DNA of 64,000 nucleotides from Diadema antillarum (Eukaryota): NCBI RefSeq assembly GCF_040938485.1, contig NW_027271097.1, positions 248,001 to 312,000 of the forward strand, read 5' to 3'. Shown piece by piece: positions 10,422 to 23,143 of this stretch (position 1 is its first letter; each line of letters starts with the position of its first letter). The notes under the pieces were generated by a model. It saw only the letters and a program-made list of their open reading frames with translations, ran no database searches and was not told where the DNA came from. The position numbers and the translations under genes were made by a program.

Positions 10422-13411
10422 CCTGCTATGAAGAGTACGCTAAATAGGCAGTGACGTCATAATGACGATTTGCACCATTCGGAAGGAGTGATACATTGTA
10501 GAAATTATAAGGAATTAATGGCCCATGGTGAGTTTTCACATAGCACCTATACACCTGCGATCCCATTCTGAAACGTCATTTTTCGGGAACATTAATAATA
10601 ATCTGGTCGTTGAACATCAGCAGTTCACTTTTTTTTAAACTGTTATCTATAAGCTCTATATAGATCATGTAGATTGTGAATGGCTACAACCAGTGGCCAT
10701 GGGATTAAAACATCCACGCTGTGGAATGTGACTTCATGCTTAAAGTCCTTTGTAAATCTACCCTTTGTAAATCTGCCCCCCCCCCCCGCAAAAAAAAAGA
10801 AAATCTTCAAAATTATAAGTAAAAACTATATGTACGATGCACATTTTAAGATGCGATGGAGATGTTTCGATGTCACGCAATGAAATTACTTTTCACTCTG
10901 TAGGCTCTACATTGTATTTGACCGATTGTGATAGATAATGTTTTTTTTTTTTGCTCTTCAAATAAACATGAGTATAATTATTTCAGTATAATACTGACAC
11001 CGCCCTATCCTGATTGATGATTAACCATTGCTTTGACAGTGTGAAGTGATATATGATAAGTGTATAGAATACACACGCGGTAATAAAAGTTTATTTCATC
11101 GTTGAATTGGAGTCAGATGATAATAGGTGCAGTTGTTAGTGTTGTATTTATCACGTTTATAAAGTAGAGAAAAGAATAGTGTCATTTCGGAGTTTCATAC
11201 TTCTGTTGTGCAATATGAAATCTCTGTACAAATGCTTTATGTCGTTCTCATGAGTGTAATACAATGAAGGGAAAGAATGATGAATAGTGTCTTGTAATGG
11301 AAACTCGTCTGATGTACTCATGTCGTACCTTTCGACTACGGAAAGACTTTCCAAACGTAACATTCGCCTGTACAGATCCTGATATGGGAGTACGAGGAGA
11401 ATAAAAACACTAACAAACACATATTCTGTATCAGTGTATGATCAAGACTATACAGGAAGAAATACAAATAGGGGACGCTTATAGGCTCACACTGATTTGT
11501 CGAAGTCACAAAATTCAATTACTCCAGGAAGCGAACAATAATTATTGAATCTAGTAGTGTTGCCCTTTTTATCTATTAGTCTAGCTAATGTGCCCCGATA
11601 AAGAAGTAGATAATGCAATAGATTTGTGATTATTTTGAATGATTTAAATAATTATGTTTTCCCATATTAAAGTCATTCTGTGTCTCTTATAGTACGCATG
11701 GCGATAACAGTTGCTCTTACACATTCAGTAAAAAAAAAAAAAAAACAGCCGAAGCAAATTCGAGGAAGAAATCTTGTACCGTAATGATGTACAACTGATT
11801 CTATCTTATTCTAATAGTGCATATTAGATTATCTATGATTTAACATCACTCGATGCCATATATCCCAGCAGCTAGGAATGATATCTGATATGACTTAAAA
11901 TTGCATTGAACTGACCTTGAGCATTTTTTTTTCCATTCTTGGCACTCTATCTTTGGCTCGTTTAGCATGTTTTGGGTGCAGGTGAGAAAAAATAGAAAAG
12001 AGGGAATTCACAAGAGTGGGTAACAGACAGCAGATGATCAATGCAGATTACAGAAGAGATCGAGTCATGTTGTGAAGTATAATTGAAAAGAAAAGCAAAC
12101 AAATGTGACGGGAACTGAGCTCTAGTTCAATTGTTCAGTTGACTTATTTTTTTTTATCATTTTTGAAGGTGAAAGCCATGCCTTTCCATGTTTGGTCTGT
12201 ATTGTGGAATCAAGGTGGTTTGTGTGCAATTTGTGTCTATATAATATATATCGATTTCAGACTTTCGCAGTGAACGAGTTAACCACGAGCTAACCATACA
12301 ATTACCATAGGGAAAACTTCTCTCTATGATTATGATCAAATAAGTAGACTGAAACCAAGACAACATTAAAGGTTCAGAGTCTCGTCTCGCTATAGAGCAT
12401 AGTGACAAGAGTTTTCTGTATTTTCAACGCTCGTGTATAAATGTGCAGCAACACAGGTCGATCATTGTCATCGTCTTACACCATTTCATTGCTTATTATC
12501 TGAATTATCATAACGTTTTCTTGGTCAATACTTCAGCAGCATTAATGATCGTAGCAACCATGTAGAATACTACGTTAATGTACAAGATAATGTCATCCTT
12601 CTCGAATTCATGTCCAAACTGGACATTCGGTGAAGTCAGTATATATACGAGTGAAAGGTGGAGACTCGATCGTTAGGCCATGACATCGTCAACTCCATGA
12701 TCTCCGGTCGAAATCCATTTTTTTTAAAATTATTATTATGCTAAAAATACTAACGTTCCCATGGTTCCCTTTAGCAATTCTACTCGGTCTAGTAAAGGTA
12801 ATTTGAGCACTTTAAAACTGTCATCATCCTTGTCATGCGCTCTGGTGACAATGAAATAAAATCAGTGGCAATGTGCCATTATCCACATCCGGGTATTTTC
12901 ATTGTGACTTTGATTTATCTCCCCGAGATCAGGCGCCCTCGAAAGTGATGTTTGAGTTTTACAGGAAGCTAGCTCTTCGCAAATGCGGAAGTGATCATCG
13001 CTCCTATAAAGATTAACCGTGCCTGGGCTGTAGTCCTCGAAAGAAGTGATCAAACGAATAACATGGCCTGACTGAGCATGGCTTGAACTAAAACGGACTG
13101 TGTCCTATTTTAGGACGGTCACATGTTCACACAATGACACCAGCAGGAATGATTGGGACAAAGAAATAAAGAGAGAGAGCGGGAGAGAGAGAGAGAGAGA
13201 GGGAGTCGGGTTTTTACATGAAGTCACACTGTGGGTGCAATGCTGTATTATAATTATAGGCAACTATTTCCGTGTCTCCCAGTCACAGAGGGAAGTCGCT
13301 TGAGGTAATGTCGTCTGCAAGAGAGATCTAAAACAGTGTTGGGCGTTCTTTTCATGCTACTGAGCATTCATAGTGTAATTATCTACCAACTGAAAGCTTA
13401 AGTCTCAATAC

Positions 13412-16400
13412 ATGATGACGAGGATTGCTGCTTGCTGCTGGGTGATGTTGGTTGTCTTGGCCGCAGGGCTGCCGGGACGAGACGGCAAGATTACGTGCTT
13501 GGATCCCAGTGGTAACCCGGTGGACTGGTGAGTCATTGGTTTTTTCATACACATACACATATATTATTTAGGCTTTATCACCAATTTGTTCATTGCATTA
13601 TGATCCAGTCGTATCCACCGTATACATTAAATGTGAAGTATAACCGAAGATATATGCCATTATACAATTTCTGTAATTACGGTATTCCACTTTTCGTATG
13701 GAGCTCATTGTAATCAAGGAGTCTCACCTCCCTGCTGTTGATAATCCTGTCCGCAATGTAAAGACCAGTGGCAGTGCGCGGCCGCACCCAAATCTCGTAA
13801 TCACACACAAGCTGATTGAGTACATGTATTCAGTATGCTGGGAAGTCATGGACCACTTCCACATCTAGGGGTGTGTAAGAGTTCTGTGGGTATTCCCCGC
13901 GCGCGATATGCACCGTCGCTTTATTGCACGCCATCGCCTGTTATATTTTACAATGTGAATGTACCATATCAGGGCTCCACACGAACTCTTTTCTCTGGTT
14001 CGGGCCACTAAAATCTTTAAATTCGACATATTGGTGGGCCGGAAAAAAAATATAGTGGCCCGAAATAAAGAAGGCATACAAAGAAAGTCATTTTTCTTTC
14101 TTTATTTTGTATATGGCCTATATTGCAACTAAATTGTATACAAGTGTACTAGTACACTCAGCAAAAAAAAAAGAAAAAAAGAAAAAGTAAACGCTTTTTC
14201 AAATTCATATTTCTCATAGAATATTTGGCTGAAAGCTAATGCATTATATACCATATTAAAGTTAATTTAATTGGCTATCAACCTGGTAGGTCAACAAAAA
14301 GTAAACTTTACGCATGAGTGAACACCTTTGTATTTCTCTTCCAGGGCACAAAAGTGAAAATTGCAAAACTGAACAAGTTGTCATTCATGCGTATGTGCTC
14401 TCCCATGGGAACAATAAGAACAAACAACAAATTTCACACAAAACGAAACATGAATTAAGTTGCAAAATTTAACCTTTGATCTCCATGATATCTTTAAAGG
14501 CCAAATGATCATTGAAGGCTACAAATAATGGAGGAAAATAAAGAATCTTATGTCAAATCTAAATTCAAATGAAATAAGAGAAGTGATGATTAACAAAAAT
14601 GGTAGAAATGTGAGGGTTTTTTCCAAATTAGGAAATTGTAAATAATGTTTGGTTCTTGAATTTGTCTCATAGATTCTTAAACCACTAGATTAAGAGAAAT
14701 AGATAAGGAGATTGTGCTCATTTAATCATCTGTGTGCTTATTATTCCCTATGTGATTTGAAGTTTGACTTGACAGAACATTCTTATTTTCCCCCTTTAGT
14801 ATCCCACTCTGCATTTCTTAGAGGTTATAAAGAGACAAACAGAACGAAAACTTGTTTCTGCTATTTCATTCATGTCTCTCATTGTGTTAAACTGGTCTTT
14901 TGTTGTCAATTTTATCGTGAAGAGCATTTGCAAATGAAAGAGAACATGTCATTTTTTGCAATTTTTAATTTTGTGCCTTGGAGTACAAAAATGAATGTGC
15001 TCACTCATTTAAATTAACCTGTGAACTTAATAGCCAATTAAATTACCTTTGATGTGGTATGTAATACATTGAATTTCATCGAAATCTTCTATGAGAAATA
15101 TGACCTCGGAAAAGTGTTTACTTTCTTCTTCTTTTTTATTTTTATTTTTTGCTGCATGAGTGTATTGGTAATGTAATCTAAATCTGTTTCGTCTCTTCGT
15201 CTTTCATTCCGTATCACAATTTTAAAGTGCCTGACTGTGACAAACTTCAACAAATTCCTGTAAATCTTTAGTATAATATCTTATTACCACATCACTTTCA
15301 TGATTGTTTTGAGGATTAATGTATTGGTCGATATTTCACTTTGATATTGATTTTTTTTTAATAAGCAGCCCATCATACAGACAGGGGAGAAGAGAATAGA
15401 ATAAAGCTATATAACCTCCATAATTGTTATCAGCAGATAATTCATCTTGCAACCGTGACTAAAATTCTAGAATGTTAACAAACTTCCCTTACGCTACAGT
15501 AGTGGTTCGACAAGTAGATCTGCACTTTAGTGTAAACTCCGATTGTATTCACCCCTAAATATGCTTGAAATTGCTGAAAGTATTATTCATGACAAATCGT
15601 TGATATGATTCAGTTAGAGAAAAAATAAATAAACCTTTTCATGACTAGTTGCAAAATCGGAGTAAGACGTAAATACGTACAGCTGAACATGAAACCATTA
15701 CTGCGAATTTCCGGACTCCTGGTATAGCCCAGGGGCGATTCAGTGCTTCACTAGACCCCTGCGACCGTGATTTCAACTGCTTCAAGTTTTCTCCATGTGT
15801 TGACTTCATAACGAAAAGTCGGGACAAGAATACGTGTTTTATACAATATTTCTAACATCCTTTTCTCTAAATTTGTGCAACATAGTCGATTTTATTTCAG
15901 AATATATTTGTAGGTCTGGTTAAAGTCTATCATAGTTTCTCAGCAGGGATGAGAAATACGTTTACTTTTTTTATGTGATTATAAAAACTCATGGAGTAAA
16001 GCGCTCTGTCAATACGTTCCCGACACTTGCCCGACTTTTGAATATTTAACAGTGAGACTCGTTTTCTCTCAAACGTCAGGTTTATTGTCTACAAGCTACC
16101 TCGTGACTCAAAGAGCAAGGACACGCTCATCAAAGAGGGCGTTGCTCACATGTACATGGATGTGAACAGCCAGTCTTTCTCGCAGTCCACGGTCTCTCTT
16201 AATGACACCAACCACGCTGTGGCCCGAACGCTGCAGCAAATTTACAAGAATCACAAAAGTCAGGTAACACTTTTCATTCCAGACTCTCATCGTTTAAATT
16301 CAAGAATTAAATCACAGCAAATTTGGAACTTCGGGGTATACATAGAGCAGTGAATGTAATTCTGTGTATACCGAGTCCTTGGGACCGAAGTCCTTGGGAC

Positions 16401-19400
16401 CGGCAGTTTTCTTTCGTTATATCGAAATGGCGTCAGAGCCGAAGACCAAAGTATGTAAAGAAATATAGATAATTATTTTCGGACCAGATTTTTTACTTCG
16501 CAACTATATAGCATAAACGAGAATTTCTTTAAGTCTTTAGTCTTTAGTTTGTCTTTAGTTTATTATATTATGCCATTTTACATGCTTGTAGGCCTACTTT
16601 TATAGTTAGTATGTGCTAATTTCGTATAATTTCGAAATAGGAAAATCATGAAAATTAAATGAAAAGAAACGCTAATTAATAACCACAAAAAAAATAATAA
16701 TAACTTATGGTACACTATCCGGAAGCACAAATATTCAAGAGAAAGTTATAGAAAGAGAAGAAATAAATCATATTGAAGACTCTTTTTTATTTGTTAACCT
16801 CATAATCTAAAGTGCATGCAAGTGAAGCCTATTTTTGATTATTGACAATTAGCGTGGCAGGGTTTTTTCCCCCACTGCTGTGAATGATTTACACGTGTAG
16901 TTGTAAATCGTTGCATCTAAGCTTCAATTCCTGTTTCTTCGCCAAAATATTTCAGGGTCGGAAAATTGGCCAACTATATAGATCTTTTTCCCCTCAAACC
17001 CAAATGAAAGAGGAAATTATTCATAAATGTGTGCTAATAAGATACAAACAAGCTCTTGCCAAAATGAAAGGGAAACAGAAACATTAATGCAAACAATTGA
17101 ATGTCGTTTCACAAGCCACGGATCCATGCATAAAAACGAAACAAACAAACCTGTAACAGGTGCCGAGGAAACTATAAAAATCAGTGAAACAATGACGTAT
17201 CAATGACCCAACCAGCGGACCATGCCCATGTGTGGTAACAATGATTATATGCGAACTCAAGAGATCCCCAAAACGAGGGGGTCACAGGGATATGATTGAT
17301 ATAGATTGTGACCAAGTTAAAAGAAAATCAAGACCATTGTGTAGATCTGGGCCCCATTTCATAAAAGATGTTAGGATGGCAACTCTTGCTAGAATGGCAA
17401 CTTCCAATAGCAACAGCCAATCAGGAAGCTGGATTCTTGTCGTTGTCATGACAATTGACATTCTAGCAAGAGTTGCTGTCAGATCAACTTTTTATGAAAC
17501 GGGGCCCAGATACTTGTTTATCTTCGTCTTTATTTCCTTACTCATCTGCGCTTTCTCTCCATTTTCTTCTCTCTCTTTCTTTTCCATAGGAAGTCGTGTA
17601 CGTAATGTACAACGACGAGTTTCCTAATGGAACGAAGTCTTTTGATGGAGGTCACACCAAAGGTAAAAACAAAACAACAACAAAAAAAGCACTGGACAGT
17701 CGTATTTTGTGCCTGAGATTCACTTTAGATATATTATAGTGTGGAAGTGAACCAGGCAATTAAGAATCTCTCGCTCTGGAATCAAGCGTGCAGAAAATTT
17801 CCCATTGTGAAATAGTTGCAATGATTTAGTTTTGTACATTATTGAATGTCACCTGGATGAATCAGAACTTACATCAATTGGTTGTAAAATAGTCACTGGT
17901 CAAAAATGATAAGGGATAGTACGCAACACATAGTGAATTTTCAGGAGAATTTGTAAGGTCAGGGCAAATGTCCTTTCCATCCATTGGGCAGAAACTCATT
18001 GTTGCTCCAGTTTGTTTGAATAATTAAAGGGATCATAATTTTGGTAGAGATCTTACTTCAGGTTTCTAACATTTTTGGGTGAGATAACGAGAAACCTCTT
18101 TTGAAATAATAATATGAAAGAGTAGTAATTCCAAGGGGAATTCAACGCTTATTTGATGGAAAATTGGTTATGAAATGGTATGAGATACCCCAAAACGAGC
18201 AATCCTAATAAAAGGTGGGACCCACCTTAATTACGATTGCTTTGTTTTACTTTGTTTTTGGATGTCTCAGCCATTCCAAAACCGATTTTCATCAAATAAA
18301 CTTTGAATTCCTCTTTGGAATGGTATGTTCTGTACTATTTCATAAGTGGTTTCTTGGTATCTTGCAAAAAGTTGAAAGGCCAGTCCTCAGCTCCACCAAT
18401 ACTATACCATCCCTTTCAACTGTAGTTACGGGAAAAAAAGATTGTGAAAATCCTTCACAGGTCAGTGCAAACTATCCTTTCCGTCCTTCCCGAACTCATT
18501 ATTGCTTCAGTTTGTTAAATACAATCACGAGAAAAATTTAGAAAATCACTTCTTCCTCGAATCATACCACGTAAGAAACCATCCAGTCATGTTAATCTGC
18601 TAAACTTTACGTGTAGATTTGATAATAGACACACTTTTGTATGGTATTGCAATATTTCGTCTGTTGTCTTTGAACAATTTTACAGGTGATGTTGCTTTCG
18701 ATCAGGAATCGGGATTCTGGTTGATTCACAGCGTCCCGAAATTCCCAAATAGCTCTGATCAGAGTTACGAATGGCCATCTAACGCCGAGACGTATGGCCA
18801 GTCCATGCTGTGTATCTCTATGAAGACTGCAGAGTTCGTCAAAGTTGGTAATCTGAAACTTTCTAATCATATTTCATTATCGCTGCTACACTGTACATCT
18901 TTTGATAAATGAAGCATGGGATCTTTTACGTGCATGAGTTGTGACTCTCTCACTCACGGAACCTCCATTTTATGTCCTATCCGAATGACAGACTGTTTTG
19001 ACTATTACAATGTAGAGGGGACGGTATGATTACACACAACATCGCTCAGTCCAGACCCGGGTTCGAATCTGGGCCCTTAGGACTGAGATAACTCAACGCC
19101 CTTACTGCTATATACCTGAACATGAACAACTTTTTTCAATCGTGCCTCCTCCTCATTCTCCCACTAGCATTATTACGATTACAACATACTATTGTACGGT
19201 ATACAAGTACTAACTTCTTTGTAACTTGGGTGACTATAACTCAATAATCATGTATTTACTTTGAAATATTGAATTATTAAAGTTCTCCAAGGTCGAAGTG
19301 CTGTGGCATGAATAGAATAATCGCTAATTATTTTTCCCACTAAAGTATAGCCCAAGGAGAAGTGGTAATGTGTTATCAAGGAGAGTAACATTGACAATTT

Positions 19401-22299
19401 GCCAAAGCCAGAGAATACGTTCGACAAACTAGTCATTAAAGGCATAATCTACCATTTGCAGATGAAACAAAAAGCCAACATTAGTGCTTCAAATAGTTCT
19501 AAAATGTGAGTTGGGGATAGAAACAACCAATGTAAAAATTTGAACTAGTATAATCGATGTTAAGTATCTTTAAATATACAAAATGTGAACAATAGTTATG
19601 ATAAAAATGTTTCCAGACTAAACCGTTTACAGTTATGGTTTAATGAGAAAAATAGTGATATCTCCTTATATTGTAGGCTTTATTGCAAACAATCTATAAC
19701 CAAGGTTGGATGTTTTGTGACACACAACTGACCTACACATATGCATCAACAGTGATATCTTGAATTTTTTCTTAAATCACTGCTCCCAAAGGTAAATCGG
19801 ACCTTTAACATCACATGTGTATGTTAATTCATTACATGTGTCATGCAAGAAACATGTCATATTCTGAGTGCATGACCAAGGCAAGCCTTTAATCAAAATT
19901 AATCTGCCTTTAACATAAAGAATTACACAAATAAAAAAGAAGCAAACAGTGCAAAATGGTACAGTTCCATTTCTCCTAATGCTTCGAACTTTAAGAGCAT
20001 TTAACATTTTAGCGGCACTCGATGTAAGTCGTCCAGATGGATAAGATGGGTGGGTGAAGGAGTCCAAAACTCGGTAAATCGACGGTTGCAAGACAAGAAA
20101 ATAAGTCGCATCGAGTAGGATGGGAGTAAGAGACGGGTTGGTAAGATCGCAATGTCGACATGGTACGAACTGGAAGGCGAGATACCTCATTGTGAGAACC
20201 TGTCAAGTCGACATGATAGAACTATAACAGACTGTGTGAGGAAAATTTCGACCCAGGGATATGTTGACCTGTAGACATAACTAGGACGATAAGATTAGGA
20301 GATAGGAACTCCACTATTTGTTTGTGACGAAAAGACAAAAAAAAAATCTTTACAAAATAACCTAGCCGATTTCCACCAGCTCCTCTGCACTCTGTACAGT
20401 ATAGCCAAAGTTAATCATTTACCATCTCTCTTTTACTCTTTGTTTTACTGACAGGTCGCCAGCTTTGGTACAACAACCCATGGGTGTACGACGCCAACAT
20501 TCCGCAATCTTTCCGCGCTCAATTTGACGACCTTGTATCGGTCATGGAGGGGCAGCACGTGGAAAGCGCTCCTTGGAACAATTCGGTGGATTTGACCTCT
20601 GTCAATGGACGAGGATTCACCAGCTATGCCAAGTTCATCAAGTTCAATGAAGGTGAAACAATGATTTCCATGGTGGTAATATAATTACAAAAAAGATGAC
20701 TATAATGACGCTGGCAATGATGCAGTGATAATTGTACTGACTGGCGCCACCCTGCATGCTCATCCTGCTCGTCCTGCTCCTGCTCCTGCTCCTCCTCCTC
20801 TTCTTCTTCTTCTTCTTCTTCTTCTTCTTCTTCTTCTTCTTCTTCATCTTCTTCTTCTTCCTGTACTGTGCAGATTACTGCAGAACGTCCTGAGGGTATA
20901 CTCGCACACTTGGTGGGCTCTCACACAATGACAGACATGAGACTCGAAGCGTAAAAGTGCACAAAAAGTATATACATATTTCTAAAAAAATTGTACAAGT
21001 TACAAACATTCTGTTCTGCCCTGGGTGGCTAGTTGAAGGTTTCATCTTTGATCTTTGATTTGAATATGTCAAGTGATGTCGAATTCACTACGTCTTGAGG
21101 CAGGTGGTTCCACGGGAAGATGGTGTCTGGGAAAATGTCCCTCTCAGTAGTGATCACTGTGCGGGTTCTGAGGATGACAAACCTCTTGTTGTGTCCTCTA
21201 CTTTGTTTAAACAAGACATCCCAAGAAGATTGCCCCAGTAAGGTGAACAAGAAATTGATAGATATAGAATCTGATAAAGAGTTCTCTAGACACATCCAAA
21301 AGTTGTAGGCCTATTTACCTGTAACAGTTTCGACGACGGGCTGTCATCTTTCTCAAACGATGGCTAATCGGCAACTGATGATTTGGCGCCAATCAGCAAA
21401 TCACTCAGGTGAGACATCCGAGTGATAGCACCATCGTAAATAAAACTTTTGGATGTTTCTAGAGAACTTCATCTGTGTCTATCAACCATCATTATTGAAC
21501 TTATTTTCGCCAAGAAATTGATAGGTTAATCATATTAATAGATAGAATGATTAACTCAATGGCTACTGAAAATGATTTTAAAAATATATCTTTTCAATAA
21601 TACAGCAGTGAAAAGAAAATAGGCTCTTAGCCCACTTGATGCAAGTAACAATAGATGGGGGAGGGAAGGAGAGTTCACGAGCAAGTCGTTGATGATGAAA
21701 ACCAACGTAATGATGATGTGATGACGGCAAAATATGTTGTACACGTCTTCTGTTCAAGTATTTCTAAGCAGTGATGAAAAATTGCTTAATTCATAGAATA
21801 AGCTGGAAAAGTGAAAGAGTAAAGAGATAGGATTAAGGGCTGCAATTGTGGTAATGGACAAAACTAAAGAGAAACGGGTGGAGAAGTGGTAATGGTGACA
21901 GTGATGGTACAAATATTGGAAGTGATGGTAATGAGTGGTCATGATGATAAACATATTACATTTGTGATACGCGAACCAAAAATGTTAGATTTAATTTTTG
22001 GGATAGCAGAAGTTGACAGCTATTTGGACGAAAATGATAAAATTGACAACAGATATGGCTGTGATAGCAATAGTGATAATCATTATCATTAATGACGACA
22101 CGATGATTAAAAATTTGACGATGTCAACAAATCAAATGAAAAGTGACCAGAGTTATTTCATTTTTCCACTAATACATAAATGTTAACATACTGATAGGCA
22201 TGGATGATCGGTAGGCCAATCTCACACACTCATTTCTCCAGCCTCGGTTCACCAGCTTTTGCAGGTTTCTGTTTTCAGCATAGGACCAACTCTGTTGCA

Positions 22300-22338
<39 letters not shown>

Positions 22339-23143
22339 TGTGTTTAAAAAAATAACCAAATACCTGACATGTATTTTTCTGGAATCAAATACTAGTAAAA
22401 AGTTATATGTTTGCCATAGATCTGTACTCGCACTGGGTGGCACCTGCTTTAGGCGACGATATGTATGCCGAGACGTGGTTGAACGCGGCGAGCAAGCTGC
22501 CGTCTTTCTGCAGCGGTGTGTACAAGGTGGAAAATGTCGAGAATATCAATTTTGATGGCGTTCTCACCTTCAAGTCGACCAAGGACCATTCTAAATGGGC
22601 AATCAGCGAGCACAAGAAGTGGACTTGCATTGGTGACATTAACAGAACTGTAAGTAATCACATGATCCCATGTTTGTGTGTTTTGGAGTGTGTTTGGTTA
22701 GAAGGTGAAAAGGAGACAAACAATTAAGTGTGCATAAATCAAAAGTGTGAGTGACAACAAATAAAGAGCTGAAAAAAGCTGAAATCACAAAAGCTCCTAT
22801 ATTTTTGTAGAGAGGAAGTGCACAAAAAGCTGAAAATCAATTACACAGTAGATGAAAATCAAAATACATTAAAAACAACTTAAATCAGCTTTAACGCTGA
22901 ATTCTCACACCCCTGATAAAAAGGAAGAGTCAAACAGCATGTGTCTTCCTTACCGTCTAGCTTTATACATGTATCAACATTATTTGCAGTTAACCGTTTC
23001 GTTTCTCACCGCGTTTACTTCTTTGTTTTAAACAGAAAAGCCAGTATGAAAGGGGAGGTGGAACCGTGTGCTTAAACATTCCTGCTGTCTGGACTGCATT
23101 CCACACACTGATCGCCAAATTCTCACAGTGTCCCGCTCCATAA
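13412..23143 (+). CDS. DNASE2: Deoxyribonuclease II (plancitoxin-like), copy B, 356 aa; both HxK motifs intact
   Basis: Exons 13412-13527, 16080-16263, 17590-17662, 18686-18847, 20455-20652, 22420-22649, 23036-23143. All GT-AG, total 1071 nt. Motifs NPVDWFIVYKLP, YNDE, GGHTKG (His 17653-17655), WLIHSVPKFP, YGQS, KDHSKW (His 22587-22589), CIGDINR, SQYERGGGTVC. Internal exon lengths are identical to copy A. Confidence 0.95.
14153..15164. mobile_element. ~1-kb Tc1/mariner-type MITE with long imperfect TIRs and TA TSD, in intron 1 of copy B
   Basis: TA|CACTCAGCAAAAAA at 14153 and TTTTTTGCTGCATGAGTG|TA at 15164. About 300 bp at each end are recognisably inverted (e.g. atttctcatagaa/ttctatgagaaat; aatttaattggctat/atagccaattaaatt). 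Confidence 0.75.
17345..17511. mobile_element. Short palindromic MITE
   Basis: atctgggccccatttcataaaag...ctttttatgaaacggggcccagat, with inner arms gcaactcttgctagaatg/cattctagcaagagttgc. Confidence 0.8.
18024..18419. mobile_element. TTAA-flanked MITE (~390 bp), same family as 25178-25570, opposite orientation
   Basis: Starts ttaaagggat, ends atccctttcaa. Internal sequence matches the reverse complement of 25178-25570. Confidence 0.8.
18905..19112 (-). mobile_element. tRNA-derived SINE
   Basis: Minus strand reads tagcagtaagggcgtt...gggcccagattcgaacccggg (A/B-box-like), then cattcggataggacataaaatggaggttccgtg...gcacgtaaaagatccc, a body typical of marine-invertebrate SINEs. Confidence 0.55.
20799..21279 (-). 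mobile_element. CR1-type LINE 3' end with (GAA)n tail, antisense in intron 5 of copy B
   Basis: Translation SRGHNKRF...IFPDTIFPWNHLPQDVVNSTSLDIFKSKI resembles CR1 ORF2 C-termini, followed by a 3' UTR and a long (CTT)n run at ~20799-20860 on +. Confidence 0.75.
21280..21468. mobile_element. Small MITE-like inverted repeat
   Basis: agttctctagacacatccaaaagtt (21280-21304) versus aacttttggatgtttctagagaact (21444-21468). Confidence 0.6.
22304..22343. repeat. (GT)n microsatellite
   Basis: Directly visible. Confidence 0.95.

Noticed and set aside
3711-12660. Short protein-looking minus-strand stretches near 3710-3800 and 12500-12640
   Set aside because: Short, stop-bounded, no recognisable motif and no consistent exon chain.
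4220-23143. Copies A and B as two haplotypes mis-assembled in tandem
   Set aside because: About 20% protein divergence, unalignable introns and entirely different transposon content exceed plausible allelic variation.
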